Source: Propionibacterium ruminifibrarum
Lineage (GTDB): Bacteria > Actinomycetota > Actinomycetes > Propionibacteriales > Propionibacteriaceae
DNA length: 32,000 nt
Assembly: GCF_900289195.1 (NCBI RefSeq)
Contig: NZ_OMOH01000002.1
Span: 241,206 to 273,205 of the forward strand
Direction of reading: 5' to 3'
Part shown: piece after piece, positions 6,646 to 20,548 of the stretch
Numbering within the stretch: position 1 is the first letter of the stretch
Layout of the letters: each line of letters starts with the position of its first letter
Made by a program: the position numbers and the translations under genes
The notes under the pieces: generated by a model
What the model was told of the DNA's origin: nothing
The model's database searches: none
The model's input: only the letters and a program-made list of their open reading frames with translations

Positions 6646-7547
6646 GGTCGTCCCGGTTCCGTCTCGGCGGCAGCGGCCTCGGCCGGCGCCGGATCGCCGG
6701 CCCGGCGGCTGGCGCGGTCGGGGACGAGTACCTCGCCCCGGGCGACGATGACGGCTGGTCCGATGAGTTCGGCCCGCTCGCCGTCGTATGCCACGTCGAG
6801 CCGGCCGCCGGGCACGGTGACCGCGTAGTCCCCGGACGGCTCGCCGATGGCGTGGGCCTGGGCCGCCGCGGTGGCGACGACCCCGGTGCCGCACGAGAGG
6901 GTCTCCCCGGAACCGCGCTCGTGGACGCGCATCGACAGGTCGTGCCGGTCGTTGACGTGGACGAATTCGACGTTGGCCCCGGCCGGGAAGACATCCGGGT
7001 CGAACTGCGGGGGGTGGCTCAGGTCCAGCAGCGACAGGTCGACATCGTCACCCAGCAGGACGACGGCATGGGGGTTTCCGACGTCGACCGCGGTGGCCTC
7101 GTAGCGGGTGCCGTCGTGCGCGACCCAGGTGGGTTCCGGGCCAACGCGGACGGCGCCCATCTGGGCGCACATGCGCCCGTCGGGCATCTCACGCACACCG
7201 CGCAGGCCGGCACGCGTGGCGATGACGAGTTCATTGGAGTCGACGAGGTCCTCCTCCATGAGGAAACGGCCGAAGACCCGCAGGCCGTTGCCGCACATCT
7301 CGGCGAGCGATCCGTCGGCGTTGCGGTAGTCCATGAACCACAGGTCGGGCTCGCCGTCCCAGCCCGGCACATGGCCGGCCTTGATCGCGCGGATGACACC
7401 ATCGGCGCCGATGCCGCCGTGACGGTCGCACAGGAAACGAACCTGCTCGGCGGTCAGCGGCACGGAACCGGTGCGGTCCTTGAGCAGGACGAAGTCGTTG
7501 TGCGTGCCGTGCCCCTTGGCGAAACCCCAGGTCTCCATGTGACTCAT
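6642..7547 (-). CDS. dapF: Diaminopimelate epimerase
   Basis: MSHMETWGFAKGHGTHNDFVLL...MCGNGLRVF...SCGTG... The alternative start at ATG 7538 (METWGF) has better Shine-Dalgarno spacing (GGGAGA, 9 nt). Confidence 0.93.
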   Translation of the reverse strand: MSHMETWGFAKGHGTHNDFVLLKDRTGSVPLTAEQVRFLCDRHGGIGADGVIRAIKAGHVPGWDGEPDLWFMDYRNADGSLAEMCGNGLRVFGRFLMEEDLVDSNELVIATRAGLRGVREMPDGRMCAQMGAVRVGPEPTWVAHDGTRYEATAVDVGNPHAVVLLGDDVDLSLLDLSHPPQFDPDVFPAGANVEFVHVNDRHDLSMRVHERGSGETLSCGTGVVATAAAQAHAIGEPSGDYAVTVPGGRLDVAYDGERAELIGPAVIVARGEVLVPDRASRRAGDPAPAEAAAAETEPGRP

Positions 7548-7600
7548 TCTCCCACCCCGATCCAGTACGACCGCCCAGGGCGGCGCGTCGCCGGGACGGT

Positions 7601-8533
7601 TCAGGACCGGTCCGGTGGGAACAGGTCGGCGGCGATCGTCTGCGGCAGGCCGGGTGCGGTCGCGTCCAGCCAGCTGATCCGCGGGTCATGACGGAACCAG
7701 CCGAGTTGCTTGCGGGCGAATCGCCTGGTGCCGTCGATGGTCGCCCTGATCGCCTGGTCGAGGTCGATGCGTCCGTCGATCAGGTCGAGCACCTGCCGGT
7801 AGCCGAGCGCCCGGCTCGCGGTGGCGCCCTCGCGCAGACCAGCGGCCGCCAGCTGCCGCACCTCTTCGACCAGGCCCTGATCGAACATGGCGTGGACGCG
7901 GGACGCGATGCGTTCGTCCATGAGGTCCCGGTCGAGTTCGAGCCCGTACTGGTGGACGTTCTCGAGCAGGTACCGCGGCTCGGGCAGGCGCGGACTGTAG
8001 CGGCCAGTCAGTTCGATGACCTCGAGGGCCCTGACGATGCGCCGGCCGTTGCCCGGCAGGATCGCCCGGGCGGCCTGAGGCGAGGTGGCGGCCAGCACCT
8101 CGTGCAGGCCGGCCGGCCCGAGCCGCTCGAGTTCCGCCTCCCAGCGGGCCCGCACCCGGGGGTCGGTGCCCGGGAACTCGAAGTCGTCGGTGACGGCACG
8201 CACGTAGAGGCTGGAGCCGCCGACCAGGATCGGGATGACGCCCCGGGCGCGCAGTGCTGCGATCCGTTCGCGCGCCATGGCCTGGAACCCGGCGACAGTG
8301 CTCGTCTCGCGCACGTCGAGGACGTCGAGGAGGTGGTGCCGGACGCCGCCGCGCTCGGCCTGCGAGGGCTTGGCCGTGCCGATGTCCATGCCCCGGTAGA
8401 GGGCCATGGAGTCCGCGTTGACGATCTCGGCGCCATGCCCGTCCTCGGCCAGCAGCCGTGCCAGGGCGACGGCCAGGGCCGACTTGCCGGAGGCGGTCGG
8501 GCCGACGATGACGACCAGCGGTACGACGCTCAT
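7601..8533 (-). CDS. miaA: tRNA dimethylallyltransferase
   Basis: [25 protein letters not shown]... with P-loop and MiaA-family sequence throughout. The start overlaps the miaB stop (ATGA, 8530-8533). Confidence 0.95.
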   Translation of the reverse strand: MSVVPLVVIVGPTASGKSALAVALARLLAEDGHGAEIVNADSMALYRGMDIGTAKPSQAERGGVRHHLLDVLDVRETSTVAGFQAMARERIAALRARGVIPILVGGSSLYVRAVTDDFEFPGTDPRVRARWEAELERLGPAGLHEVLAATSPQAARAILPGNGRRIVRALEVIELTGRYSPRLPEPRYLLENVHQYGLELDRDLMDERIASRVHAMFDQGLVEEVRQLAAAGLREGATASRALGYRQVLDLIDGRIDLDQAIRATIDGTRRFARKQLGWFRHDPRISWLDATAPGLPQTIAADLFPPDRS

Positions 8534-10035
8534 GCGCGGGGCATCGCGGGCAGCCCCAGGCCCACGCCGGCGGGCACGGGGGCGGGGTCGTTGCGGGCCG
8601 CCCAGGCGTCGCCGCCCGGGGTACGGCGAAGAGCGCGCAGGGGCGCGTCGGCCACCAGGTAGTGGGGGGCGCCGCGGGTGACCTCGACCTCGGCGATGTC
8701 GCCTGGGCGGGGGCGCTGCGCCGGATCGTCCGGGACGGCGACGTGGACGAGCCTGTTGTCGCGGGCGCGTCCGGACATGCGCTCGCGTTCGTCGTCCTTG
8801 CGACCCTCGCCGGTGGCGAACATGACCTCGACGGTGCGCCCCTCGAAGGCCCTGTTCTGCTCCCAGCTGATCTGTTCCTGCAGGGCGACGAGACGCTCGT
8901 AGCGCTCCTGGACGACCTCGCGGGGCACCTGGTCGGGCCGGGCGCCTGCCGGGGTGCCGGGGCGCACCGAGTACTGGAAGGTGAAGGCGTTGGCGAACCG
9001 GGACTGGCGCACCACGTCCATGGTGGCTTCGAAGTCCTCGTCCGTCTCCCCCGGGAAGCCGACGATGATGTCCGTGCTGATCGCCGCGTCGGGCATGGCG
9101 GCGCGGACCCGGTCGAGGATGCCGAGGAATTTCTTGGCGCGGTAGGAGCGTCGCATGTCCCGCAGCACCCGGTCGGATCCGGACTGCAGGGGCATGTGCA
9201 GCTGGTGCATGACGTTCGGTGTGGCGGCCATGGCCTCGATGACGTCATCGGTGAAGGCGGCCGGGTGCGGACTGGTGAAACGCACCCGTTCCAGCCCGGT
9301 GATCTCTCCGCAGGCGCGCAGGAGCTTGGCGAAGGCCGCCCGGTCGCCGAACTGCACGCCGTAGGAGTTCACGTTCTGTCCGAGCAGGGTGATCTCCTGA
9401 ACGCCCTGGTCGACGAGCATCTCGACCTCGGCCAGGATCTCGCCGGGGCGGCGGTCGGTCTCCTTGCCGCGCAGCGCGGGGACGATGCAGAAGGTGCACG
9501 TGTTGTTGCAGCCGACGCTGATCGACACCCAGGCGGAGTAGGCGGACTCGCGCCGGGTCGGCAGGGTGGACGGGAAGGTCTGCAGTGCCTCGGTGATCTC
9601 CACCTGGCTCGCCTGCTCGACGCGGGAGCGCTCCAGCAGGACGGGCAGGGAGCCGATGTTGTTGGTGCCGAAGACGACATCGACCCAGGGGGCCCTGGCG
9701 GTGATGAGGTCACGGTCCTTCTGGGCCATGCAGCCGCCAACGGCGATCTGCATGCCCGGGCGCCTGGCCTTGATGGGGGCCATGTGGCCGAGGTTGCCGT
9801 AGAGCCTGTTGTCCGCGTTCTCACGGACGGCGCACGTGTTGAAGACGACGACGTCGGCCTCGGCGAGTTCGCCGCGCACCGGTTCGGGCGCGCGCACGTA
9901 GCCGGCCCCCTCGAGCAGGCCGGCGATGCGCTCGGAGTCGTGGGCGTTCATCTGGCAGCCGTAGGTGATCACCTGATAGGTGCGTCGGCCGTCGGCCGTG
10001 CGGCCGGTCAGGGCTGTGTCGTCGAGCATGTCCAT
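8530..10035 (-). CDS. miaB: tRNA-2-methylthio-N6-dimethylallyladenosine synthase (radical SAM)
   Basis: ...[16 protein letters not shown]...[17 protein letters not shown]..., with UPF0004, radical-SAM and TRAM architecture. Confidence 0.95.
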   Translation of the reverse strand: MDMLDDTALTGRTADGRRTYQVITYGCQMNAHDSERIAGLLEGAGYVRAPEPVRGELAEADVVVFNTCAVRENADNRLYGNLGHMAPIKARRPGMQIAVGGCMAQKDRDLITARAPWVDVVFGTNNIGSLPVLLERSRVEQASQVEITEALQTFPSTLPTRRESAYSAWVSISVGCNNTCTFCIVPALRGKETDRRPGEILAEVEMLVDQGVQEITLLGQNVNSYGVQFGDRAAFAKLLRACGEITGLERVRFTSPHPAAFTDDVIEAMAATPNVMHQLHMPLQSGSDRVLRDMRRSYRAKKFLGILDRVRAAMPDAAISTDIIVGFPGETDEDFEATMDVVRQSRFANAFTFQYSVRPGTPAGARPDQVPREVVQERYERLVALQEQISWEQNRAFEGRTVEVMFATGEGRKDDERERMSGRARDNRLVHVAVPDDPAQRPRPGDIAEVEVTRGAPHYLVADAPLRALRRTPGGDAWAARNDPAPVPAGVGLGLPAMPRA

Positions 10036-10174
10036 GGCGGGTCCATGGTACGCGGCAGGGGACGTCCTGCCCCAGCCCTGGCCGATGCGGGCGGCGCACC
10101 GGTGGGAGCCGGCGGGCTGGGGCGCGGGTCGGTCCTGGGAGTGGGTGGCCCGGAGCCGGGTGTCGCGGGGCGCC

Positions 10175-11929
10175 TCAGTGGGCGAGCCGGGTGGCCCGTG
10201 ACTCCCTCACCACCGTGATCTTGATGTTGCCCGGATAGGTCAGTTCCTCCTCGACCTGGCGGGCGATGGTCTCGGCGAGTTCGGCGCCGGCGGCGTCGTC
10301 GACGACCTCCGGGACGACCATGACGCGCACCTCGCGCCCCGCCTGCATGGCGAAGACCTTGTCGACGCCCTCGTGGGAACCGGCGATCTGCTCCAGGCGT
10401 TCGAGGCGCTGGACGTAGGCCTCCAGGCTCTCCCGGCGCGCACCGGGCCGTGACCCGGAGATGGCGTCGGCGGTCTGGGCTATGACGGCCTCGACGCAGT
10501 CCGGTTCGATCTCGTGATGGTGGGAGCCGACGGCGTTGACGACGGCGTCCGACTCGCCGTGACTGCGCAGCAGCTCCGCGCCCTCGAGGGCGTGCGAGCC
10601 GGCCCCGTCGGTGACGACGGCCTTGCCGATGTCGTGCAGGAAGGCCGCCCGCTTGCAGCTGGCGGGGTCGAGGCCGAGTTCGGCGGCGATGGAGCCGGCG
10701 ATGCGACCGCATTCGATCATGTGGTCCAGGACGTTCTGGCCGTAGCTGGTGCGGTATCGCAGGGCGCCGATCGTGGGGTGGAGGTCGGGGTCGATGTCGG
10801 CGAGTCCGAGGTCGAGGCAGGCCTGCTCCCCCAGCCTGCGGCACCCGGACACGACCTGTTCGCTGCAGCGCTCGTGGACCTCCTCGATACGCGCCGGGTG
10901 GATACGGCCGTCGGCGATGAGCTCGACCATGGTGACGCGGGCGATCTCGCGGCGGACCGGGTCGAAGCAGCTGAGCAGCACCGAGCCGGGCGTGTCATCG
11001 ACCATGACATTGACGCCGGTGGTCTGCTCGAAGGCGCGGATGTTGCGGCCCTCGCGGCCGATGATGCGGCCCTTCATCTCGTCGCTGGGCACCTCGACGG
11101 TCGTGACGACCGCACCGCTGGTGACCTCGGAGGCGATGCGCTGGATCGTCGTGATGATGATGCCACGGGCGATCCGGTCGGCATCGGCCTGGGCCTCCGC
11201 CTCGATGCGGCGGGCCCGCAGGGCTGCCGCCCGGCGGGCGTCCTGCTCGACGCGGGCGATCAGTTCGGCACGGGCCCGTGCGGCGCTGAGACCGCCGATC
11301 CGCTCGAGCTCCGCGGCGACGGCGGTGCGTTCGGCGTCAAGGGCCCTCCTGTCCTGTTCGAGCTGCTCCTGCCTGGCGTCGAGGCGGTCTGCGCGTGACT
11401 GCGCGGTGGCGCGCTCGGCCCCGAGCTGATTCTCCCGCTCGTCGAGGCGCCGGTCCCGCTGCCTGAGCGTCTCCTCGCGGGCTGCCAGCTCCGAGCCCTG
11501 CCGGGTGATCTCGGCCTTGAGTTGTTCGGCCTCGTCACGGGCCCGCTGGACCCTCCCGTCGAGCTCCAGCACAGCCCGCTCCCGCTCCGACAGGCCGGCG
11601 AGCCTGTCCCGGGCCTCCCGTTCGACCTGCTCGGCCCTGGCGCGGACGGCCTCCGTCTCCCGCCGCAGGGATTCCAGCTCCTCGGCCCTGGTCTCGAGCG
11701 TCCTGAGCCGCTCGACCAGCTCATCGGCCTGCCGCCCCGTGGAGTCCTGCCCGGCGGCATGCTCGGCGCCTGATGATGCCTGCCCGCCGCCTGGGGTGCT
11801 CAGCGCGCCGAGCGTTCTCACGAGAAGGACTCCCAGGACGGCGACGAGCAGCACGAGCACGATGAGAATCGCTGACGTCATCTTCGCCTCACTGCCGGTC
11901 GTTGTGCGGCGGGCACGCTGCCCGCTCAT
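10175..11929 (-). CDS. rny: Ribonuclease Y
   Basis: N-terminal TM helix ([21 protein letters not shown]), a long Glu/Arg/Ala coiled coil, a KH domain ([15 protein letters not shown]) and an HD domain (FLHDIGKA...GSHH). ATG 11929 has TATCCT 6 nt upstream (leaderless geometry). The internal ATG 11881 has a GAGG Shine-Dalgarno and is the alternative start. Confidence 0.9.
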   Translation of the reverse strand: MSGQRARRTTTGSEAKMTSAILIVLVLLVAVLGVLLVRTLGALSTPGGGQASSGAEHAAGQDSTGRQADELVERLRTLETRAEELESLRRETEAVRARAEQVEREARDRLAGLSERERAVLELDGRVQRARDEAEQLKAEITRQGSELAAREETLRQRDRRLDERENQLGAERATAQSRADRLDARQEQLEQDRRALDAERTAVAAELERIGGLSAARARAELIARVEQDARRAAALRARRIEAEAQADADRIARGIIITTIQRIASEVTSGAVVTTVEVPSDEMKGRIIGREGRNIRAFEQTTGVNVMVDDTPGSVLLSCFDPVRREIARVTMVELIADGRIHPARIEEVHERCSEQVVSGCRRLGEQACLDLGLADIDPDLHPTIGALRYRTSYGQNVLDHMIECGRIAGSIAAELGLDPASCKRAAFLHDIGKAVVTDGAGSHALEGAELLRSHGESDAVVNAVGSHHHEIEPDCVEAVIAQTADAISGSRPGARRESLEAYVQRLERLEQIAGSHEGVDKVFAMQAGREVRVMVVPEVVDDAAGAELAETIARQVEEELTYPGNIKITVVRESRATRLAH

Positions 11930-11984
11930 CCCGGCAGGATAGCCCCCGCCCCCGTGCCCGGCCGGCCGAGGGTGGGCGCGCGTG

Positions 11985-12520
11985 TCAGTCCTCCAGCTCG
12001 GAAAGCGCCCGGTCCGCGGCGTCGAAGGACACCGAGGGACCGTAGCCCTTGCGGGCCAGGGCCGCCGCGAGCCGCCGGTGTGCCGTCCGACGGTCCAGCC
12101 CCCTCATGCCGCGGGCCCTGGATCGTGCCAGGTCCAGGGCGGTGGCGGCCTCGCTCCCCGGGTCGAGGGCGGCGAGTGTCTCGGTGATGATCTCGTTGCT
12201 GACCTGCTTGGCCCGCAACTCCCGGGCGATGGCGCTGGCGGAGAGCCTGCGTGAGCGACGACGGGAGGCGGCCCAGGCCTCGGCGAAACGCCGGTCGTCG
12301 ACGAGGCCGACCGATTCGAGACGATCGAGCACCTCGTCGACGTCTCCCCGGTCGCATCCCCGGCGTCTCACCAGGTACTCGGTGAGTTCGCCACGCGAAT
12401 AGTCCCGGCGATCAAGACGGCGCAGAGCGATCTGTCGGGTGACCTCGACCGGGTCGGCGTCGGGTTCGTCGTCCCCGCCCCCGCCGGCACGGCGCGGAGC
12501 GGGCTCGCTGCTCACCGTGC

Positions 12521-12524
<4 letters not shown>
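11985..12524 (-). CDS. recX: Recombination regulator RecX
   Basis: Only the 3' 540 nt of track ORF 11985..15467 is real. The product is [12 protein letters not shown]...[53 protein letters not shown]... The GTG start overlaps the recA stop (GTGA, 12521-12524). A second in-frame GTG lies at 12515. Confidence 0.85.
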
Positions 12525-13579
<1,055 letters not shown>

Positions 13580-13634
13580 GTCTGTTTCCTCTCCTCGCGT
13601 CGGAGCGTGCCGACGAGTTCTCTCGACGCTTGCG

Positions 13635-13657
13635 ACTGTAGGGACGGGGCCTGACAA
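13635..13657 (-). promoter_or_regulatory. RecA-NDp / PafBC-type promoter (proximal recA promoter)
   Basis: The minus strand reads TTGTCAGGC-CCCGTCCC-TACAGT, against the motif tTGTCRgtg-N8-TAnnnT. The -10 ends about 55 nt upstream of the recA ATG. Confidence 0.6.
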
Positions 13658-13721
13658 TTTTCCGCGCCACCCGTGCCTGTGGACAGCCTTGGGTGCCGCG
13701 CGCCGGGAACCGTCCCCACCC

Positions 13722-13744
13722 ACTGTATACGAACACCCGTTCGA
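13722..13744 (-). promoter_or_regulatory. LexA (SOS) box with adjacent -10 (distal, LexA-controlled recA promoter)
   Basis: The plus strand reads ACGAAC-ACCC-GTTCGA (13729-13744, 11/12). On the minus strand the box is followed immediately by TACAGT (13727-13722). Confidence 0.8.
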
Positions 13745-13802
13745 AGACCAGCGGCGGTTCGCGCACCAAGGGGACCCGGCGGAGCGGCGCTAGGCTGGCC
13801 GC

Positions 13803-13997
13803 ATGCGCGAGACCGAGTTCTGGCGGCGGATGACGCGCCATCTGGGGGCGGGTTACGCCCGCGTGTGGGCCGACCAGACGGTGCTCACCGAACTCGACAA
13901 CCGTACCGCCAGTGAGGCCCTGGCGGCCGGGGTCCCGTTCAAGACGGTGTGGCGCGCGGTGTGGGCCTTCCTCGAACTGCCGGACCGGGAGAGGTAG
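13803..13997 (+). CDS. DUF3046 domain protein
   Basis: MRETEFWRRMTRHLGAGYARVWADQTVLTELDNRTASEALAAGVPFKTVWRAVWAFLELPDRER matches the small conserved actinobacterial family found next to recA (for example Rv2738c). TAGGCT (13791-13796) lies 6 nt before the ATG (leaderless geometry). Confidence 0.8.
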   Translation: MRETEFWRRMTRHLGAGYARVWADQTVLTELDNRTASEALAAGVPFKTVWRAVWAFLELPDRER

Positions 13998-14011
13998 TTC
14001 CCGCCCGGAAC

Positions 14012-14033
14012 TGTCAGCGCCTCGCGCAAGACT
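14012..14033 (+). promoter_or_regulatory. Candidate RecA-NDp / PafBC-type promoter for lhr
   Basis: cTGTCAGcG-CCTCGCGC-AAGACT, then 7 nt, then ATG 14041. The A(-11) and T(-7) of the hexamer are kept but the first T is missing. Confidence 0.4.
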
Positions 14034-14040
14034 TGTACCC

Positions 14041-18678
<4,638 letters not shown>

Positions 18679-18704
18679 TGAGCAGCGGCTTCGGCGTCCG
18701 GGCC

Positions 18705-19004
18705 TCACAACGCCGCCGGCACCTGACGCCTGTGCTGGGTGCCGAGGTCCTCGCCGTTCTCGATCTCGGCGACGAGCAGCTTCTCACTGACCCGACGGAA
18801 GATCTCCGACATCGGTACGCGGAGGGCCTCGCAGATTGAGAACAGCAACTCGCTCGAGGCCTCCTTCTGGCCCCGTTCGACCTCGGAGAGATAGCCGAGA
18901 CTCACGCGGGCGGACAACGAGACGTCACGGAGGGTGCGCCCTTGACTCATACGGTGTTCGCGAAGCGCCTCACCCAGCAGTTCACGTACCAGCAGCGGTT
19001 TCAC
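18705..19004 (-). CDS. clgR: XRE-family HTH regulator, ClgR-like
   Basis: 99 aa; ...[50 protein letters not shown]... The position after pgsA-cinA matches clgR in Corynebacterium, Streptomyces and Mycobacterium. It has a GTG start with a GAGGGGAG Shine-Dalgarno. Confidence 0.75.
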   Translation of the reverse strand: MKPLLVRELLGEALREHRMSQGRTLRDVSLSARVSLGYLSEVERGQKEASSELLFSICEALRVPMSEIFRRVSEKLLVAEIENGEDLGTQHRRQVPAAL

Positions 19005-19091
19005 AGTGTCTCCCCTCAGGCCCGCGGAGCCGCCCTCGTGGCAGTCATTCCTACGGTCACGTCCTGGTTAACGCTCCGAGGTGCCATTTCA

Positions 19092-19108
19092 TTCCCGCTC
19101 AGCGAACA
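19092..19108. promoter_or_regulatory. Candidate ClgR operator upstream of clgR
   Basis: The minus strand reads TGTTCGCTGAGCGGGAA. Compared with GTTCGC-N5-GCG (Streptomyces) and WNNWCGCYNANRGCGWW (C. glutamicum) it has 1-2 mismatches. It lies about 90 bp upstream of the clgR start and overlaps the cinA stop. Confidence 0.35.
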
Positions 19109-19638
19109 TCTCTCGACTCCGGTGGCCGCGTGGGGCCGCAGAGCTGGAGCGTCCCAGCGGCCAGCTGCAGGGCGCGCCGGATGGCGGCCCGCCTGATCTG
19201 GGCGCGTCCGCCGCCTGCCAGCAGGCGGTGGGCAGTCGTACCGTCCGGGGTGCGGATGCCGATCCACACGGTGCCCGGAGCCGTTCCGTCCTGGCCCAGT
19301 GGCCCGGCGGTGCCGGTGGCCGAGATGGCCACGTCCGCCCCGCAGGCCCGCGCCGCGCCATTGGCCATCTCACGGGCGGTGCGTTCATTGATGACCCCGT
19401 GCTCGGCGATGAATGCAGGGTCGACCCCGGCCAGCCGCGCCTTGAGCTCACTCGCATAGGTGATGAGCCCGCCCCGGAAGACGTCCGAGGCGCCCGGCAC
19501 GCTGGTCAGCGCCCATCCGATGCCTCCCCCGGTGATGGACTCGCAGGTGGCCAGTCCCAGGCCGCGGCGGCGGCAGGTCTGGAGCAGCTGCTCGGCAGCG
19601 GCGCGGGTGGGCTCGTCGATTTCGCTCATCCCGGTCAC
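19099..19638 (-). CDS. cinA: CinA-family protein, C-terminal (PncC-like nicotinamide-nucleotide amidohydrolase) domain only
   Basis: ...LATCESITGGGIGWALTSVPGASDVFRGGLITYASELKARLAGV...AREMANGA...ADVAISATGTAGP... It begins 8 nt after the pgsA stop. The start is GTG 19638; ATG 19629 is the alternative. Confidence 0.85.
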   Translation of the reverse strand: MTGMSEIDEPTRAAAEQLLQTCRRRGLGLATCESITGGGIGWALTSVPGASDVFRGGLITYASELKARLAGVDPAFIAEHGVINERTAREMANGAARACGADVAISATGTAGPLGQDGTAPGTVWIGIRTPDGTTAHRLLAGGGRAQIRRAAIRRALQLAAGTLQLCGPTRPPESRDVR

Positions 19639-19646
19639 GTCCGGCG

Positions 19647-20282
19647 TCAGTGCTGAGCGCTGTAGTCGATGGGATGACCGGCTCTGATGGCGTCACGACG
19701 CAGCTTGTAGGCGTCGACGACGTAGTCGATGCCGGTCAGCACGGTGAGCGCGAAGGCCGCCCACATGATGAACCAGCGCAGCGCCCAGAACCAGGTGACG
19801 GCATCGGGCACCCAGACCAGGAACATGGCCAGTGCGATGCCCTGCAGGGTCGTCTTGAGCTTGCCGCCCTTCTTGGCGGCCATGACACCGTACTTGAGCA
19901 TCCGGAAGCGCATGAGGGTGATGCCCCATTCGCGCAGCAGGATGATGAGCGTGACCGGCCAGGCCAGTTCGCCGATGATCGACAGCCCGACGAAGGCCAT
20001 CCCGGTGAGCGCCTTGTCGGCCACCGAGTCCCAGATCTTCCCGAAATTGGTGACCTGGTTGTACTTGCGGGCGATCTTCCCGTCGGCCAGGTCGGTGAGA
20101 ATGGCGATGACGAAGACGACCGTCGCCCAGATCCGCCAGGGGTGGCTGTGGGGGTGTGTCAGCAGGACGACCCCCAGGACCGGCACGAAGATCAGGCGCA
20201 GGATCGTGAGGATGTTCGGGACGTTCCAGGCGAAGGCCAGTGTCGTGTCCTGTCCGGACTCAGTCACCTCAGGCTTGCTCAT
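19647..20282 (-). CDS. pgsA: CDP-diacylglycerol--glycerol-3-phosphate 3-phosphatidyltransferase
   Basis: MSKPEV...NVPNILTILRLIFVPV...DLADGKIARKYNQVTNFGKIWDSVADK (CDP-alcohol phosphatidyltransferase motif). The track ORF extends to GTG 20465. I counted noticeably lower third-position GC in that 61-codon extension than in the body, so I prefer ATG 20282; the start remains uncertain. Confidence 0.85.
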   Translation of the reverse strand: MSKPEVTESGQDTTLAFAWNVPNILTILRLIFVPVLGVVLLTHPHSHPWRIWATVVFVIAILTDLADGKIARKYNQVTNFGKIWDSVADKALTGMAFVGLSIIGELAWPVTLIILLREWGITLMRFRMLKYGVMAAKKGGKLKTTLQGIALAMFLVWVPDAVTWFWALRWFIMWAAFALTVLTGIDYVVDAYKLRRDAIRAGHPIDYSAQH

Positions 20283-20548
20283 GCGCGCTGCCCCCTGCCC
20301 CGGCTCGTTCTGCGGACCCGCACCGGAACCGGCTGCGGGCTCGGCGGCCACATCGGCGCCGCCCGATGCCACAACCGTAGCCGCAACGGGGTCGCCGACA
20401 CGAACAGGCGCACCGGATGAGTCGATGCGCGGTGCGGTGCCGCCATCGTCCTCGGGCCGGCGCACCAGTCCCGCCGGCCGCTGGAGGGCGGACCCGGCCC
20501 CCTCCGGCCGGATGGGACCGGTCCCCCTCGCCGCGCGGGGAGAACCGC

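Noticed and set aside
6646-6894. N-terminal extensions of the track ORFs for hflX (to 6894), recA (to 13723), lhr (from 13912), plsC (to 26659) and nrdR (to 1498)
   Set aside because: The extensions overlap the neighbouring gene or intergenic promoters and translate to Arg-rich nonsense. Internal starts with Shine-Dalgarno sequences, stop/start overlaps or -10 geometry give proteins of canonical length and N-terminus.
19102-19117. GCGAAC-ATCT-CTCGAC, resembling a LexA box left half with the same ATCT spacer as boxes 1 and 2
   Set aside because: The right half does not resemble GTTCGA (1 of 6). The GCGAAC is better explained as part of the candidate ClgR operator.
20283-20548. 266-bp stretch between ftsK and the preferred pgsA start, as a possible small gene or RNA
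   Set aside because: The only frame open across it is the 5' extension of pgsA itself, which has lower third-position GC. It contains only short GC hairpins (for example GGAGGG-N11-CCCTCC) and no Shine-Dalgarno plus ORF combination. It is most simply the ftsK terminator region plus the pgsA 5' UTR, or a poorly conserved PgsA N-tail.
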